DNA of 64,000 nucleotides from Lachnospiraceae bacterium (GTDB lineage Bacteria > Bacillota > Clostridia > Lachnospirales > Lachnospiraceae): positions 2,401 to 66,400 of the forward strand of contig JAFOND010000214.1 in the NCBI GenBank assembly GCA_017418645.1. Reading direction: 5' to 3'. A program made the position numbers and the translations under genes. This document shows, piece after piece, positions 9,386 to 18,534 of this stretch (its first letter is position 1; each line of letters opens with the position of its first letter). A model generated the notes under the pieces. It was not told where the DNA came from. It did no database searches and was given only the letters and a program-made list of their open reading frames with translations.

Positions 9386-10611
9386 TGAATTTAGAAGAAG
9401 CAAAAGCAAAATTGGAAGAGTTCGACCAGGCTCATGTCTTAAACTATTACGACGAGCTTTCCGAAAGCGAAAAAGAAGAACTCTTATCACAGATAAAAGA
9501 AACGGATCTTTCGGTTCTTAAAAAACTCGATGAACTTAAAACGCCTAAAAAGAGGGGAAGGTTTTCCCCTCTTAAAACTGTACAGCTCAGTGATATCGAA
9601 AACAGAAAAAAAGAGTTTTACGATATCGGTTCCGATGCCATAAAGAACGGTAAAACCTGTGCTCTTCTCCTTGCGGGAGGAATGGGAACACGTCTCGGCT
9701 CCGACGATCCCAAGGGGATGTATAACATCGGAGAAACAAAGGATGTTTTTATCTTCCAGCGTATAGTAGAAAACCTTCTTGATGTGGTAAACGAAACGGG
9801 GACATGGATCCGCCTCTTTGTTATGACCAGTGAAAAGAATCATGAAAAAACGGTGGATTTCTTTGAGAAGAAAAACTACTTCGGCTATAAAAAAGATAAA
9901 GTTCTTTTCTTTAAGCAGAGTATGGCTCCTGCCTGCGACCGCGAAGGAAAGGTTTATCTCGAAAAGAAGAACAGGATATCAACTTCACCCAACGGAAACG
10001 CGGGATGGTATTCTTCAATGATCCGTGCCGGATATGATAAGATCATGAAAGACGAAGGCATTGAATGGATAAACATTTTTGCCGTTGATAACGTCCTTCA
10101 GAGAATATGCGATCCCTGCTTTATCGGAGCAACCATAGATGCGGACGTGTCTGTGGGAGCAAAGGTTGTAAAGAAGGCCGCACCGGACGAAAAGGTGGGT
10201 GTCATCTGTCTTGAGGACGGCAAGCCTTCCATCGTTGAATACTATGAAGTATCGCAGGAAATGATGGACGAAAAAGACGAAAACGGAGAACCTGCATATA
10301 ACTTCGGTGTCATCCTGAATTATCTCTTCCGCGTAAAGGATCTTGATGCGGTAACGGATGATAAAATGCCGCTTCATGTGGTTGAAAAGAAAATTCCGTT
10401 CTTAAACGAAAACGGGGAAACCGTTAGACCCGAAACGGAAAACGGATATAAATTCGAGCAGTTGGTTCTTGACATGATCCATGAACTGGGTACCTGCCTG
10501 CCATATGAAGTCATTCGCGAAAAGGAATTTGCGCCGATAAAAAACAAGACCGGAGTGGATTCCGTTGAGAGCGCAAAGGAACTTTGTAAGAAGAACGGGA
10601 TAGAGCTTTAG
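9385..10611 (+). CDS. UDPGP type 1 family nucleotidyltransferase (UDP-hexose/UDP-GlcNAc pyrophosphorylase-like)
   Basis: LLAGGMGTRLG...PKG, SPNGN, VDNVL, VEY, YKFE and EFAPIKN motifs. Confidence 0.9.
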   Translation: MNLEEAKAKLEEFDQAHVLNYYDELSESEKEELLSQIKETDLSVLKKLDELKTPKKRGRFSPLKTVQLSDIENRKKEFYDIGSDAIKNGKTCALLLAGGMGTRLGSDDPKGMYNIGETKDVFIFQRIVENLLDVVNETGTWIRLFVMTSEKNHEKTVDFFEKKNYFGYKKDKVLFFKQSMAPACDREGKVYLEKKNRISTSPNGNAGWYSSMIRAGYDKIMKDEGIEWINIFAVDNVLQRICDPCFIGATIDADVSVGAKVVKKAAPDEKVGVICLEDGKPSIVEYYEVSQEMMDEKDENGEPAYNFGVILNYLFRVKDLDAVTDDKMPLHVVEKKIPFLNENGETVRPETENGYKFEQLVLDMIHELGTCLPYEVIREKEFAPIKNKTGVDSVESAKELCKKNGIEL

Positions 10612-12047
10612 TAATCATCATGGAACAGGTTGTCCCCGATGATGACGCCTGTGATCCCATGCTCCTTAGCGTAGGGCGCATAGTGGAAACCGATGTAATT
10701 AACGTTTCGCTTTCCGTTTAAAACATCCCGCGCGGCATCTATCGCAACCTGGTCAGGGCCTTTTGCCAGGCAGGCTGCAAGACGTCCCGATTCGGCGGGA
10801 GAGAACTGTTTCTTCTGATATATAACACCCGCTAGGGTATTCGGAAATTTCGGACTTTCAATACGGTTCATAACAACGCTTCCCACGGCTATCATTCCCG
10901 GATAGGATGTGGGGAGCGCTTCTGTATTTATTATCCCCGCAAGGAGTAAAAGATCTTCTTCCGTATAGGGAACGGGATCAACATACCAGTAGTCCGTTCC
11001 TTCGGATTCCGTGGTAACGCCTTCGTAGTTGGCTGCCGTAAGGTTTTCGAGATCGTAACCTTCCAGCAGACCGTATTCCATGTCACGGAGTTCATCCATA
11101 CGTTTTTCAAGGGCTTCCAAGGATTCTGTCGCCTTGTCCTGTTCAACCTGTGCAAAGGCAAGGGAGCCGTTTAGGGATTGAACTTCCGCATCAAGTTTTT
11201 CCCTGCTTTTATCCAGCTCTTCTTTTTCTTTTTCTTCTTCTTTCTTTAAGTCTTCGAGTTCAGTAAGACCTTTGGAAAGATCTTCCTGGGCACTCATGTA
11301 TTCTTTTGTTTTTTCATCAAGATCGTTATAGATCGCTTCTATATATTTTTCGCGGCGGAAGAGGTCCGCTATGGATCTTGATCTCAAAAGAATGTTTACT
11401 ATATGAAAATCGTTTTTCGATTCATATATGACAGCGATAATGGCAAAGAGCCCGCGCTTTGCGTCCGACCTTTTGTTCTCGAGAGTCCGGATCTCGTTTT
11501 CGGCGGACTTCATTTTATCGTCCAGTTCTTTTATCTTTTCTTCATGGTTGTTGATTTCGTTTGCGACTCTTCTTATGCTTCCGTTAACTTCGTCTATCCT
11601 TACCATTATACCCGAAACGGTTCCTTCTTTTTCGGAAAGTTCCTTCTCGGCCGCTTCGATCTGTTCGGAAAGGATTCCCGCCTGGTTTAAAAGAGCTTTG
11701 TCCTGATCCGTAAGAACCTGCTTCTGGTTATTAAGGGACTGAAGCTGGTCGGCGGAAAGCTGTCCGGAATTGAAAAGCTCCTGAAGATAATCGGAATTAA
11801 GCTGTCCGGAATCATACATCATCTGGAGCTGCCTTAATGTATTTGCATCTTCCGCGGAAAGAGAAGAATAAAGATCGGAACTCATTCCGGAATTAAAAGA
11901 GCTTAGATCGTAGGATTCGAGTCCCGTTGCATGAACGGTAAATGGAAAATCGGTAAAAAAAGGCTCGGAAACAAGGATCGACGCGGAAACGAAGATCGCA
12001 ACAATGCTTTTTTTTGTTCTTTTATATAGTATTTTTACCGAGTTCAT
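10608..12047 (-). CDS. Exported coiled-coil protein with C-terminal SleB/CwlJ-like (Hydrolase_2) cell wall hydrolase
   Basis: Signal-like N-terminus, long coiled coil, LLAGIINTEA...AVGSVVMNRIESPKFPNTLAGVIYQKKQFSP...IGDNLF. Confidence 0.85.
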   Translation of the reverse strand: MNSVKILYKRTKKSIVAIFVSASILVSEPFFTDFPFTVHATGLESYDLSSFNSGMSSDLYSSLSAEDANTLRQLQMMYDSGQLNSDYLQELFNSGQLSADQLQSLNNQKQVLTDQDKALLNQAGILSEQIEAAEKELSEKEGTVSGIMVRIDEVNGSIRRVANEINNHEEKIKELDDKMKSAENEIRTLENKRSDAKRGLFAIIAVIYESKNDFHIVNILLRSRSIADLFRREKYIEAIYNDLDEKTKEYMSAQEDLSKGLTELEDLKKEEEKEKEELDKSREKLDAEVQSLNGSLAFAQVEQDKATESLEALEKRMDELRDMEYGLLEGYDLENLTAANYEGVTTESEGTDYWYVDPVPYTEEDLLLLAGIINTEALPTSYPGMIAVGSVVMNRIESPKFPNTLAGVIYQKKQFSPAESGRLAACLAKGPDQVAIDAARDVLNGKRNVNYIGFHYAPYAKEHGITGVIIGDNLFHDDY

Positions 12048-12199
12048 AACATATTTATACCAAAAATTTAGAAATTATGCAAAAAATGTGGAAACAAAAT
12101 TCATTTTTTGCTATACTGTTTCTTGTTTGAAGCAGGGACGGGGTAGTTATACCCTTTTTTCGGCATAAGAAAACGAAGAAACAGTATAAGAATTCAGTT

Positions 12200-12754
12200 A
12201 TGTTTGTATTGATCGTTAACGATGACGCGGAAACTAAAGAAGATGAAAACAGAGCTTCCCGCATCAGGGAGGCGATAAAAAACATCGAGCCGGATATCAG
12301 ATGCGATATCGTTTCGGAACTTCCGGAACCGTCGAAGACAAAGAAAAAGAAAATACGTGTCCAATGCTTCGGAGAATTTGAGGTTTTCGGAAATAACGGA
12401 CCTTTAAAGTTTAAAAGGGCAAGGACAAAAGAACTTTTTGCAATCCTTGTCTGTCACAGAGGGAGCATGCTCTCAATGGGAACGCTTATGTCGATCCTCT
12501 GGGAAGACGGAGAAGATACGGATTCCGACAGGAGTTATTTAAGAAGCATGATAAGCGATCTTAAAAAGACTCTTTTAAACGAAGAGCTTCCGGAACTGGT
12601 TATTAAGAAATACAACAGCATCGGCATAGACACATCATACATCGATTGCGATTATTATGACTTTTTGGAAGGAAAATGGGAGGCGGTCGAGCAATACAAC
12701 GGCCAGTTCATGAGACAGTATCCTTGGGCCGAATATGAGATCTCCCGAATATAA
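12200..12754 (+). CDS. Winged-helix (OmpR/SARP-like) transcriptional regulator with vestigial receiver
   Basis: IRVQCFGEFEVF...FKRARTKELFAILV...ILWE...DLKKTL...CDYYDF...YNGQFMRQYPWA pattern. Confidence 0.8.
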   Translation: MFVLIVNDDAETKEDENRASRIREAIKNIEPDIRCDIVSELPEPSKTKKKKIRVQCFGEFEVFGNNGPLKFKRARTKELFAILVCHRGSMLSMGTLMSILWEDGEDTDSDRSYLRSMISDLKKTLLNEELPELVIKKYNSIGIDTSYIDCDYYDFLEGKWEAVEQYNGQFMRQYPWAEYEISRI

Positions 12755-12757
12755 AAA

Positions 12758-13267
12758 ATGAACGGAAAGAAAAAGAAAAACACTATTACCGTTATTGCGG
12801 TTGCGGTCATGCTCCTGGCAGCACTTGCGGTTCTTCTTATGGTAAGGGGGCTTCCGAATTTTTCCAAAGACAAAGAGTCGAAGGAAGAAAAAGAAGCAAA
12901 GGAACAGGAAGTTTCGCAATTCGGAGTCCTGGGCGAATGGCAGGCCAAAGACAACGAAGACTATATCATCGATGTCTGGAAGGACGGAGAAGGCGAGTTC
13001 CATGCGATAGTAAATTACTCGGAAAAAGAAGACGAGGTTTACTTCTGGGAAATGAGCGGATCCTGGCAGGAATTCCAAAAGGGCTTTTCATACGGGGACT
13101 GCAAAAAGACGCGGGTAACATATGACAGCGAAGGAAAGCCGACGGAAGAAGTTATCTATACCGACGGCGAAGGCTCCATAACCGCCAACGGGGATTCCAT
13201 TAAATGGAAGGACAAAAAAGAGAAATTCGGTGACAAAGTCACTTTTGAATATGTGGGTGAGTATTAA
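12758..13267 (+). CDS. Membrane-anchored/exported hypothetical protein
   Basis: Basic N-terminus, one hydrophobic helix, beta-rich acidic domain. Confidence 0.7.
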   Translation: MNGKKKKNTITVIAVAVMLLAALAVLLMVRGLPNFSKDKESKEEKEAKEQEVSQFGVLGEWQAKDNEDYIIDVWKDGEGEFHAIVNYSEKEDEVYFWEMSGSWQEFQKGFSYGDCKKTRVTYDSEGKPTEEVIYTDGEGSITANGDSIKWKDKKEKFGDKVTFEYVGEY

Positions 13268-13289
13268 AAATTAATAAGGAGAAGGTACC

Positions 13290-15158
13290 ATGCAAAACAC
13301 ACAACTTTATCCGTTTGAACGGAACCGTTATTACCCGAGAAAGCGTATGTCCAGCGGAGATTTCACCGCAGAGCAGACATACATGAACAACAAAAGGCGT
13401 TTCCTGAACGGGCTTATGTTCGGCTCGGGAGTCGTTTGCGGACTTGGAGTGTTTTCTCTTGACGATCTTTCATTCCTGGTTGAAAGCGGTGTTGCTATCG
13501 ACGGAATGGGACGCGAGATCGTTGTTGAGACATCTGATGTTAAAAAGCTTTCCGCAATCGAAGGCTTTGACTCACTTCGTACGAACAAGGCAAGCCTTTG
13601 CCTTCGTTACAACGAAGAAGATGTTCATAAGGTATATTCCATAGATCAGGACGATACGGGTGCTGAATTCCAGTTTAACCGCGTTCGTGAAGGATATACT
13701 CTTTTCCTTATGGATCAGGAAGATATTCCCGAAACCTTTGAAATGGAAGGGGAATTCCTTTTAAGCTCGATCCTTTATTCAAGCATGAACTATACGATAA
13801 CTTTCAGAATGCCGGCATCCGCCTGCCGCGGACATGTTATCCGCTCGGAAGTCATCGTTGAAAAAATCTCGGACGAAGATACCGCGTTAACATTCTCCGC
13901 GAAACTTCAGACACCGACATTCTTATCACCCGACGGTACAAACATTATCTCTATCGACCTTTCCGACATCTCCCTTCAGATGGGAGAAACATCCACATAT
14001 TACTATTGGATGGAAACGGTAGATTCACCCGTTAATACAACAAACATAATCCTTGAGAGCGGATCTTCCAGCGCATTTGAAAATGATATAGCCCAGGAAG
14101 TTTCCGGAAGTTTCATGATGGAAGTTGCTCTTACGGATCTTAAACCGAGACAACTTGTTAACCGCGAGATCGGCCGTATGAATCTTGAAATGAAGAACAT
14201 CGGCGGAATGGGCGATTATGTTCGTCTTGCGGACTTCACCCTCGTTCGTACGGAGAGCGCATACATCATCGAAGATGTTGTGGAAGCAACGGTTAAGCAG
14301 TATGTTTCCGTTCCCGCACAGGATCTTAAGCGCGGTGATTATCTTGAATACTTCATCAAAGATGCGGATATCCATACACCGAAGGCCGTTGCCTATGCGG
14401 GCGGTCCGGTGGAAAGCCAAGCGGGCAAAAAGAATGCGCTTCCGGAAATAGCAACCGGTATCGTGGAAATCCCCTTGGGAGAAGATGCTGCAAGAGGCGA
14501 TATCTTCTATTCGGGAGAGATCATGCACGGTCTCGGAAAAGGAAATGTTTATGTTGAAGTCGGATACGAGCTTATTTCCGATGAAACCGGAAAGAGCAGT
14601 TCCGTTAAGAGCACGATATACGGATCCCCGGATATTTTCGGTAACGATCAGAAGAGTGTCGTTAAGGCGGAGACCGCTGTTCGTGTATTAAACGACAAAG
14701 GAAGTTTCGTTGTCGGAGCAAAGCTTCTTGACACCGTTGATTACATCGTCCTCACATATCGCTGGGTTGCGATCCGCTTCCCGTCGGGCGATGAAGTTAA
14801 AGAAGTTGAGGATATTCCGGGCGCAAGCATTTCTCCGGAGATGCCCACAGTCCGTATGCTTACCAAGGAAAGCCATTTCTTCGGAGTTCGTTTTGAAGGC
14901 ATGGATCCCTGCTCCATCACGTATGAACTTACGGATGAAGGAAGCGGAGATATTACTGCGGACGGCGTTTACACCGCGCCTTCGAAAGCCGGAGTATATG
15001 AGATCCGTATTTACTGCACCGATATGCCTAAGATCTGCACATACGCATATGCGGTTGTTGAAAAGAAGGGCGCAGATGAAAACCAGGCCGAAGCAGCTCC
15101 CGTTGAGCAGGCACTCGGCGGCGGACAGGCTAATATGCTTACAAGCGTCTTGAAGTAA
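13290..15158 (+). CDS. CIS fibre/baseplate-attachment-like protein (Afp13-type N-terminus, C-terminal Ig-like domain)
   Basis: FERNRYY...DFTAEQTYMNNKRR...GSGVVCGL...GVAIDGMGREIVV is typical of CIS fibre N-termini. C-terminal GDITADGVYTAP. Confidence 0.65.
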   Translation: MQNTQLYPFERNRYYPRKRMSSGDFTAEQTYMNNKRRFLNGLMFGSGVVCGLGVFSLDDLSFLVESGVAIDGMGREIVVETSDVKKLSAIEGFDSLRTNKASLCLRYNEEDVHKVYSIDQDDTGAEFQFNRVREGYTLFLMDQEDIPETFEMEGEFLLSSILYSSMNYTITFRMPASACRGHVIRSEVIVEKISDEDTALTFSAKLQTPTFLSPDGTNIISIDLSDISLQMGETSTYYYWMETVDSPVNTTNIILESGSSSAFENDIAQEVSGSFMMEVALTDLKPRQLVNREIGRMNLEMKNIGGMGDYVRLADFTLVRTESAYIIEDVVEATVKQYVSVPAQDLKRGDYLEYFIKDADIHTPKAVAYAGGPVESQAGKKNALPEIATGIVEIPLGEDAARGDIFYSGEIMHGLGKGNVYVEVGYELISDETGKSSSVKSTIYGSPDIFGNDQKSVVKAETAVRVLNDKGSFVVGAKLLDTVDYIVLTYRWVAIRFPSGDEVKEVEDIPGASISPEMPTVRMLTKESHFFGVRFEGMDPCSITYELTDEGSGDITADGVYTAPSKAGVYEIRIYCTDMPKICTYAYAVVEKKGADENQAEAAPVEQALGGGQANMLTSVLK

Positions 15159-15182
15159 TGATTAAATGAGGAGGAGCGTATT

Positions 15183-16031
15183 TTGCTTTATCGTACGCAA
15201 AACATGAGCCTTTCCGAGGTGCAGCTTATTTCAGAAAGTGAAACCGGACGCGTTATGATCTGCGAGGATCTTAATTCCTCGCAGCGTCTGCGTTATTCGG
15301 TTTTTGTCACGAACGATCACGAGATAATCGCAAAGCTTCACCGTGTATACAGTACGGCAAGGAACATATCAAAAGATACCGCTATCAACTATTTCTCTGA
15401 CGGCGGTCAGTTTTTGGTGTTCTATCCTTATGTTCCACCCAGACCGATAGAAAGCTTCTATATGGGAAAACATATAGAGCTGTCAAAGTGTGAGGAAATA
15501 TGCAAGAACTATATTATCACCTGCATGACCTCCGAACTTCCCTATCAGGTATTAAGTCTTGCGATTCAGCAGGGGCAGATGAACATTGCCCGTGACGGTT
15601 CGGTCTACCTTTCATACGCCATAGATCTTTCCGATGTGGATGAAACCCTTACGGAAAAGGACTGTGTTCGTCTTTGTACGGACAATCTATTAAAGATGAT
15701 CGCGATGAAGGAAGAGAGCGTCAAATGGGACCTTCGGGATCTTTTGACAAAGAAGAGCGAAAGAAAGGCTTTTACAAACTTCGCAGAACTTTATCGTGAT
15801 GTTGATCTTGTGGCAGGAAGGCACAGAAAAACCGGATTTTTCCGTGCCATCAAGATGTGGTTCGAAGATCATAAAGACAGACTTTTCAGGATATTCCTTA
15901 CGGTATGCGTTATCCTGCTTGTTTTTACGCTTATCACATTTTTAACGAATGCAATATTCGGCGATGTACCGTGGCTGAGGCTCTTTATCAGGAGCTTTGA
16001 GCAGATCGGCCTTCAGTCGCTTGTTGAATAA
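15183..16031 (+). CDS. Hypothetical protein with C-terminal TM helix (possible pseudokinase fold)
   Basis: TTG start after RBS GAGGAGGAG. Soluble ~230-aa domain, then the hydrophobic stretch IFLTVCVILLVFTLITFL. Confidence 0.6.
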   Translation: MLYRTQNMSLSEVQLISESETGRVMICEDLNSSQRLRYSVFVTNDHEIIAKLHRVYSTARNISKDTAINYFSDGGQFLVFYPYVPPRPIESFYMGKHIELSKCEEICKNYIITCMTSELPYQVLSLAIQQGQMNIARDGSVYLSYAIDLSDVDETLTEKDCVRLCTDNLLKMIAMKEESVKWDLRDLLTKKSERKAFTNFAELYRDVDLVAGRHRKTGFFRAIKMWFEDHKDRLFRIFLTVCVILLVFTLITFLTNAIFGDVPWLRLFIRSFEQIGLQSLVE

Positions 16032-16060
16032 TAATTGTAAGATTTATGTGAGGAGAGAAA

Positions 16061-18520
16061 ATGAGGCACATAAAAAGAAGTACATGGATTTTATGCGCAA
16101 TATGGGCTGTGGTTGTTGTGGTAGTCGCAGCTTATACAAATATCAGTAAAACGGATAAGTCAACATATACCGCTACAAGCGACAGCATATCTTTTAACGG
16201 CAAGACCTATGTTTCCGATAACAGTAACGGTTTCGGCGTAATCTACCGCCTTTCTACGGAAGGAGAGACCGAAAAAACATATATAAACCACAGAAGAAAA
16301 TATGTTTCCGACTGGAAGGTTGCAAAGCTTGCTTCGGAAAACGTTGACGGTACCGTAGGCGGATCCGTATATGGTCTTATGGTCGGAAAAGAAACGTCCA
16401 CGGGTAAAATTCCTTACAGGATAGCAAGTTTTACGACGGATCTTGTTACGGAAGCCATGAGTACAACATTCTATCTTCACGGAGGACTTACAGTTACCGG
16501 TTTTTCCGCAGATGAAGGAATTCTCTACATAACCGGCGTTTCAAAAAGCCGCCAGGATGTATATGTATACAGATATGATAAATACTCTCTCATACAGTTT
16601 GAGGGAATGACTAATACCCAGAAGGCAAACCTTGTGGGAGAAGCGGAAGAACTTTCCGAAATGAGCAAAGAAAGAAGCTCATCGGGTGGGATCTATACGG
16701 ATGCGGAATATGCGGAAGGCATGCTCTATACACGTATGGACGATCAGGAAGCAAGCGAATACTTTGCCGAAGATACGGATGTTAAAAATCTTTTCGATAC
16801 CAGATCCGAATCCATTTTCGAAAACCTTAAGGCAGGCGGAATGTCCATCGTTGACATCTTCGCATACATCATCTTCGGATGCGCGATAATAGTAGCGCTT
16901 TCACTTATTCTTGTACACAGAAGACGAATTGTTTACAGAATAATATTTATAGAAATCCTGTTTGTTGCCATAACCGTTTTTGCGTTCCTGATCTGCGCAC
17001 ATATCAACCATAAGGCCGCGGAACGTGAATTTATGAGAAACGAAGTTTATTCGCTTTCGCTTCTCGGAAGCAGCGCACCGAAAGATATCGGTACGGATGA
17101 TTTCTTTGCATCATCGGAATACGAAACCTTTTATACAAACATGAATACCGTTGCGGACAGATCCGATGAGATGGCAAAGATTAAGGATATCGCACTTGTT
17201 GATTCCATCAGCGGAAAAATCCTTATGAGTACAAGCGGATACGGCGGCGGCTCGGTATCATATGTATACGGTGATACCGCAAGATCACTTGTTACGGGGC
17301 CTGAGAGCATCAGCGATGCTACCGGAAACCTTGACGGGAACGATGTACATTTTGTATGTGTCGGAGTTACGGGTGCTCCGCAGTACAGACTTCTCTGCGT
17401 TGCAAACCTGCTTTCCGTAATGGAATATGTACTGGCTTTCCAGATACAGCTTCCGATAATACTTATCATATTCTTCTTTATCGCGTCCACCGCTGCTGTT
17501 GTACTCATCAATTATGAGACCGCATCCCTTGAAAGAGTGGGAGAGGCTTTGGAGAAACTCGGTGCCGGAGAAGGAAACGTTGATATTCCCAACGAACCCT
17601 TCGGATACGACATAAAGCGTATGTGGGCAAGCATAAACGAGATCGAAAAGAATCTTAAAAAAGCGGGGCGGGAGAAGTTCCTTACATATGAGGCATATTT
17701 CCGCTTTGCTCCGAAAAAGATAGAAAAGATAATCGGAAAAGACGATATAACAGAGGTTCAGATCGGAGATACAAAGCGTATCAACGGAACCGTTGCGATC
17801 ATAGAAAACGGCCGTGACGAAAGACTCGACGAAGTGAATCTCAAAAAGAGAAACAGCTTCTTTGAGGTTGTTGAGAAATGCAGCGAAGCAAATAACGGAA
17901 TATTTATTTCTGCGGAAGACGATCTTACGACAATGAAGGTTCTCTTCCTTGAAAATGACAAAGAGAGCATCCGTTTCGGAACGGATCTTTCAAGGGATAT
18001 GATATCCAACAACGGATCCTTTAACGAGACGTTGCTTCTCCATTACGAATCTTTCCTTTACGGAGTTTTCGGAACAAAGGATCAGGCCATTACATTCCTC
18101 TCCGCAAAAGATATAACTGCGCTTGAGGATTACACCAGATGGCTGGGAGACCTTGGGGTTTCCATGGTTGTTACGGAGTCTGTCAAGGAACGTGAAACCG
18201 GTCCCTGGGACTTCAGATACATCGGATTCATTCTTCCGGACGAAAACGATAAGAGCAGAAGAATTAACCTTTACGAAGTTTTGGATGCTTCGAATGCGGA
18301 AATAAGACGCGGAAAGAAAAAGACGATGGATGCGTTCCGGTCCGCACTCGATATGTTCTATGAGAAGGATTTCTATTTTGCAAGAAACGCGTTTACGGAT
18401 ATCCTTCACGAGGTTCCGCAGGATGAGATAGCAAAGTGGTATCTCTTTGAATGCGAGAGACTTCTTAACGGTATAGCCGAGCCCGACTTTATCGGGGAAC
18501 TGCATTTAGACAGGGCATAG
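16061..18520 (+). CDS. Multi-pass membrane protein with degenerate class III nucleotide-cyclase-like C-terminus
   Basis: About four TM helices and a HAMP-like linker. AYFRFAPKKIEKIIGKDDITEVQIGD and INLYEVLD...AKWYL match sequences flanking class III cyclase domains; catalytic motifs are absent. Confidence 0.65.
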   Translation: MRHIKRSTWILCAIWAVVVVVVAAYTNISKTDKSTYTATSDSISFNGKTYVSDNSNGFGVIYRLSTEGETEKTYINHRRKYVSDWKVAKLASENVDGTVGGSVYGLMVGKETSTGKIPYRIASFTTDLVTEAMSTTFYLHGGLTVTGFSADEGILYITGVSKSRQDVYVYRYDKYSLIQFEGMTNTQKANLVGEAEELSEMSKERSSSGGIYTDAEYAEGMLYTRMDDQEASEYFAEDTDVKNLFDTRSESIFENLKAGGMSIVDIFAYIIFGCAIIVALSLILVHRRRIVYRIIFIEILFVAITVFAFLICAHINHKAAEREFMRNEVYSLSLLGSSAPKDIGTDDFFASSEYETFYTNMNTVADRSDEMAKIKDIALVDSISGKILMSTSGYGGGSVSYVYGDTARSLVTGPESISDATGNLDGNDVHFVCVGVTGAPQYRLLCVANLLSVMEYVLAFQIQLPIILIIFFFIASTAAVVLINYETASLERVGEALEKLGAGEGNVDIPNEPFGYDIKRMWASINEIEKNLKKAGREKFLTYEAYFRFAPKKIEKIIGKDDITEVQIGDTKRINGTVAIIENGRDERLDEVNLKKRNSFFEVVEKCSEANNGIFISAEDDLTTMKVLFLENDKESIRFGTDLSRDMISNNGSFNETLLLHYESFLYGVFGTKDQAITFLSAKDITALEDYTRWLGDLGVSMVVTESVKERETGPWDFRYIGFILPDENDKSRRINLYEVLDASNAEIRRGKKKTMDAFRSALDMFYEKDFYFARNAFTDILHEVPQDEIAKWYLFECERLLNGIAEPDFIGELHLDRA

Positions 18521-18534
18521 AGGGGTAGTTTTAT

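Noticed and set aside
7895-10611. galT and the UDPGP-type gene as part of the CIS (e.g. glycosylation)
   Set aside because: Ordinary sugar-nucleotide metabolism with its own upstream promoter and no glycosyltransferase nearby.
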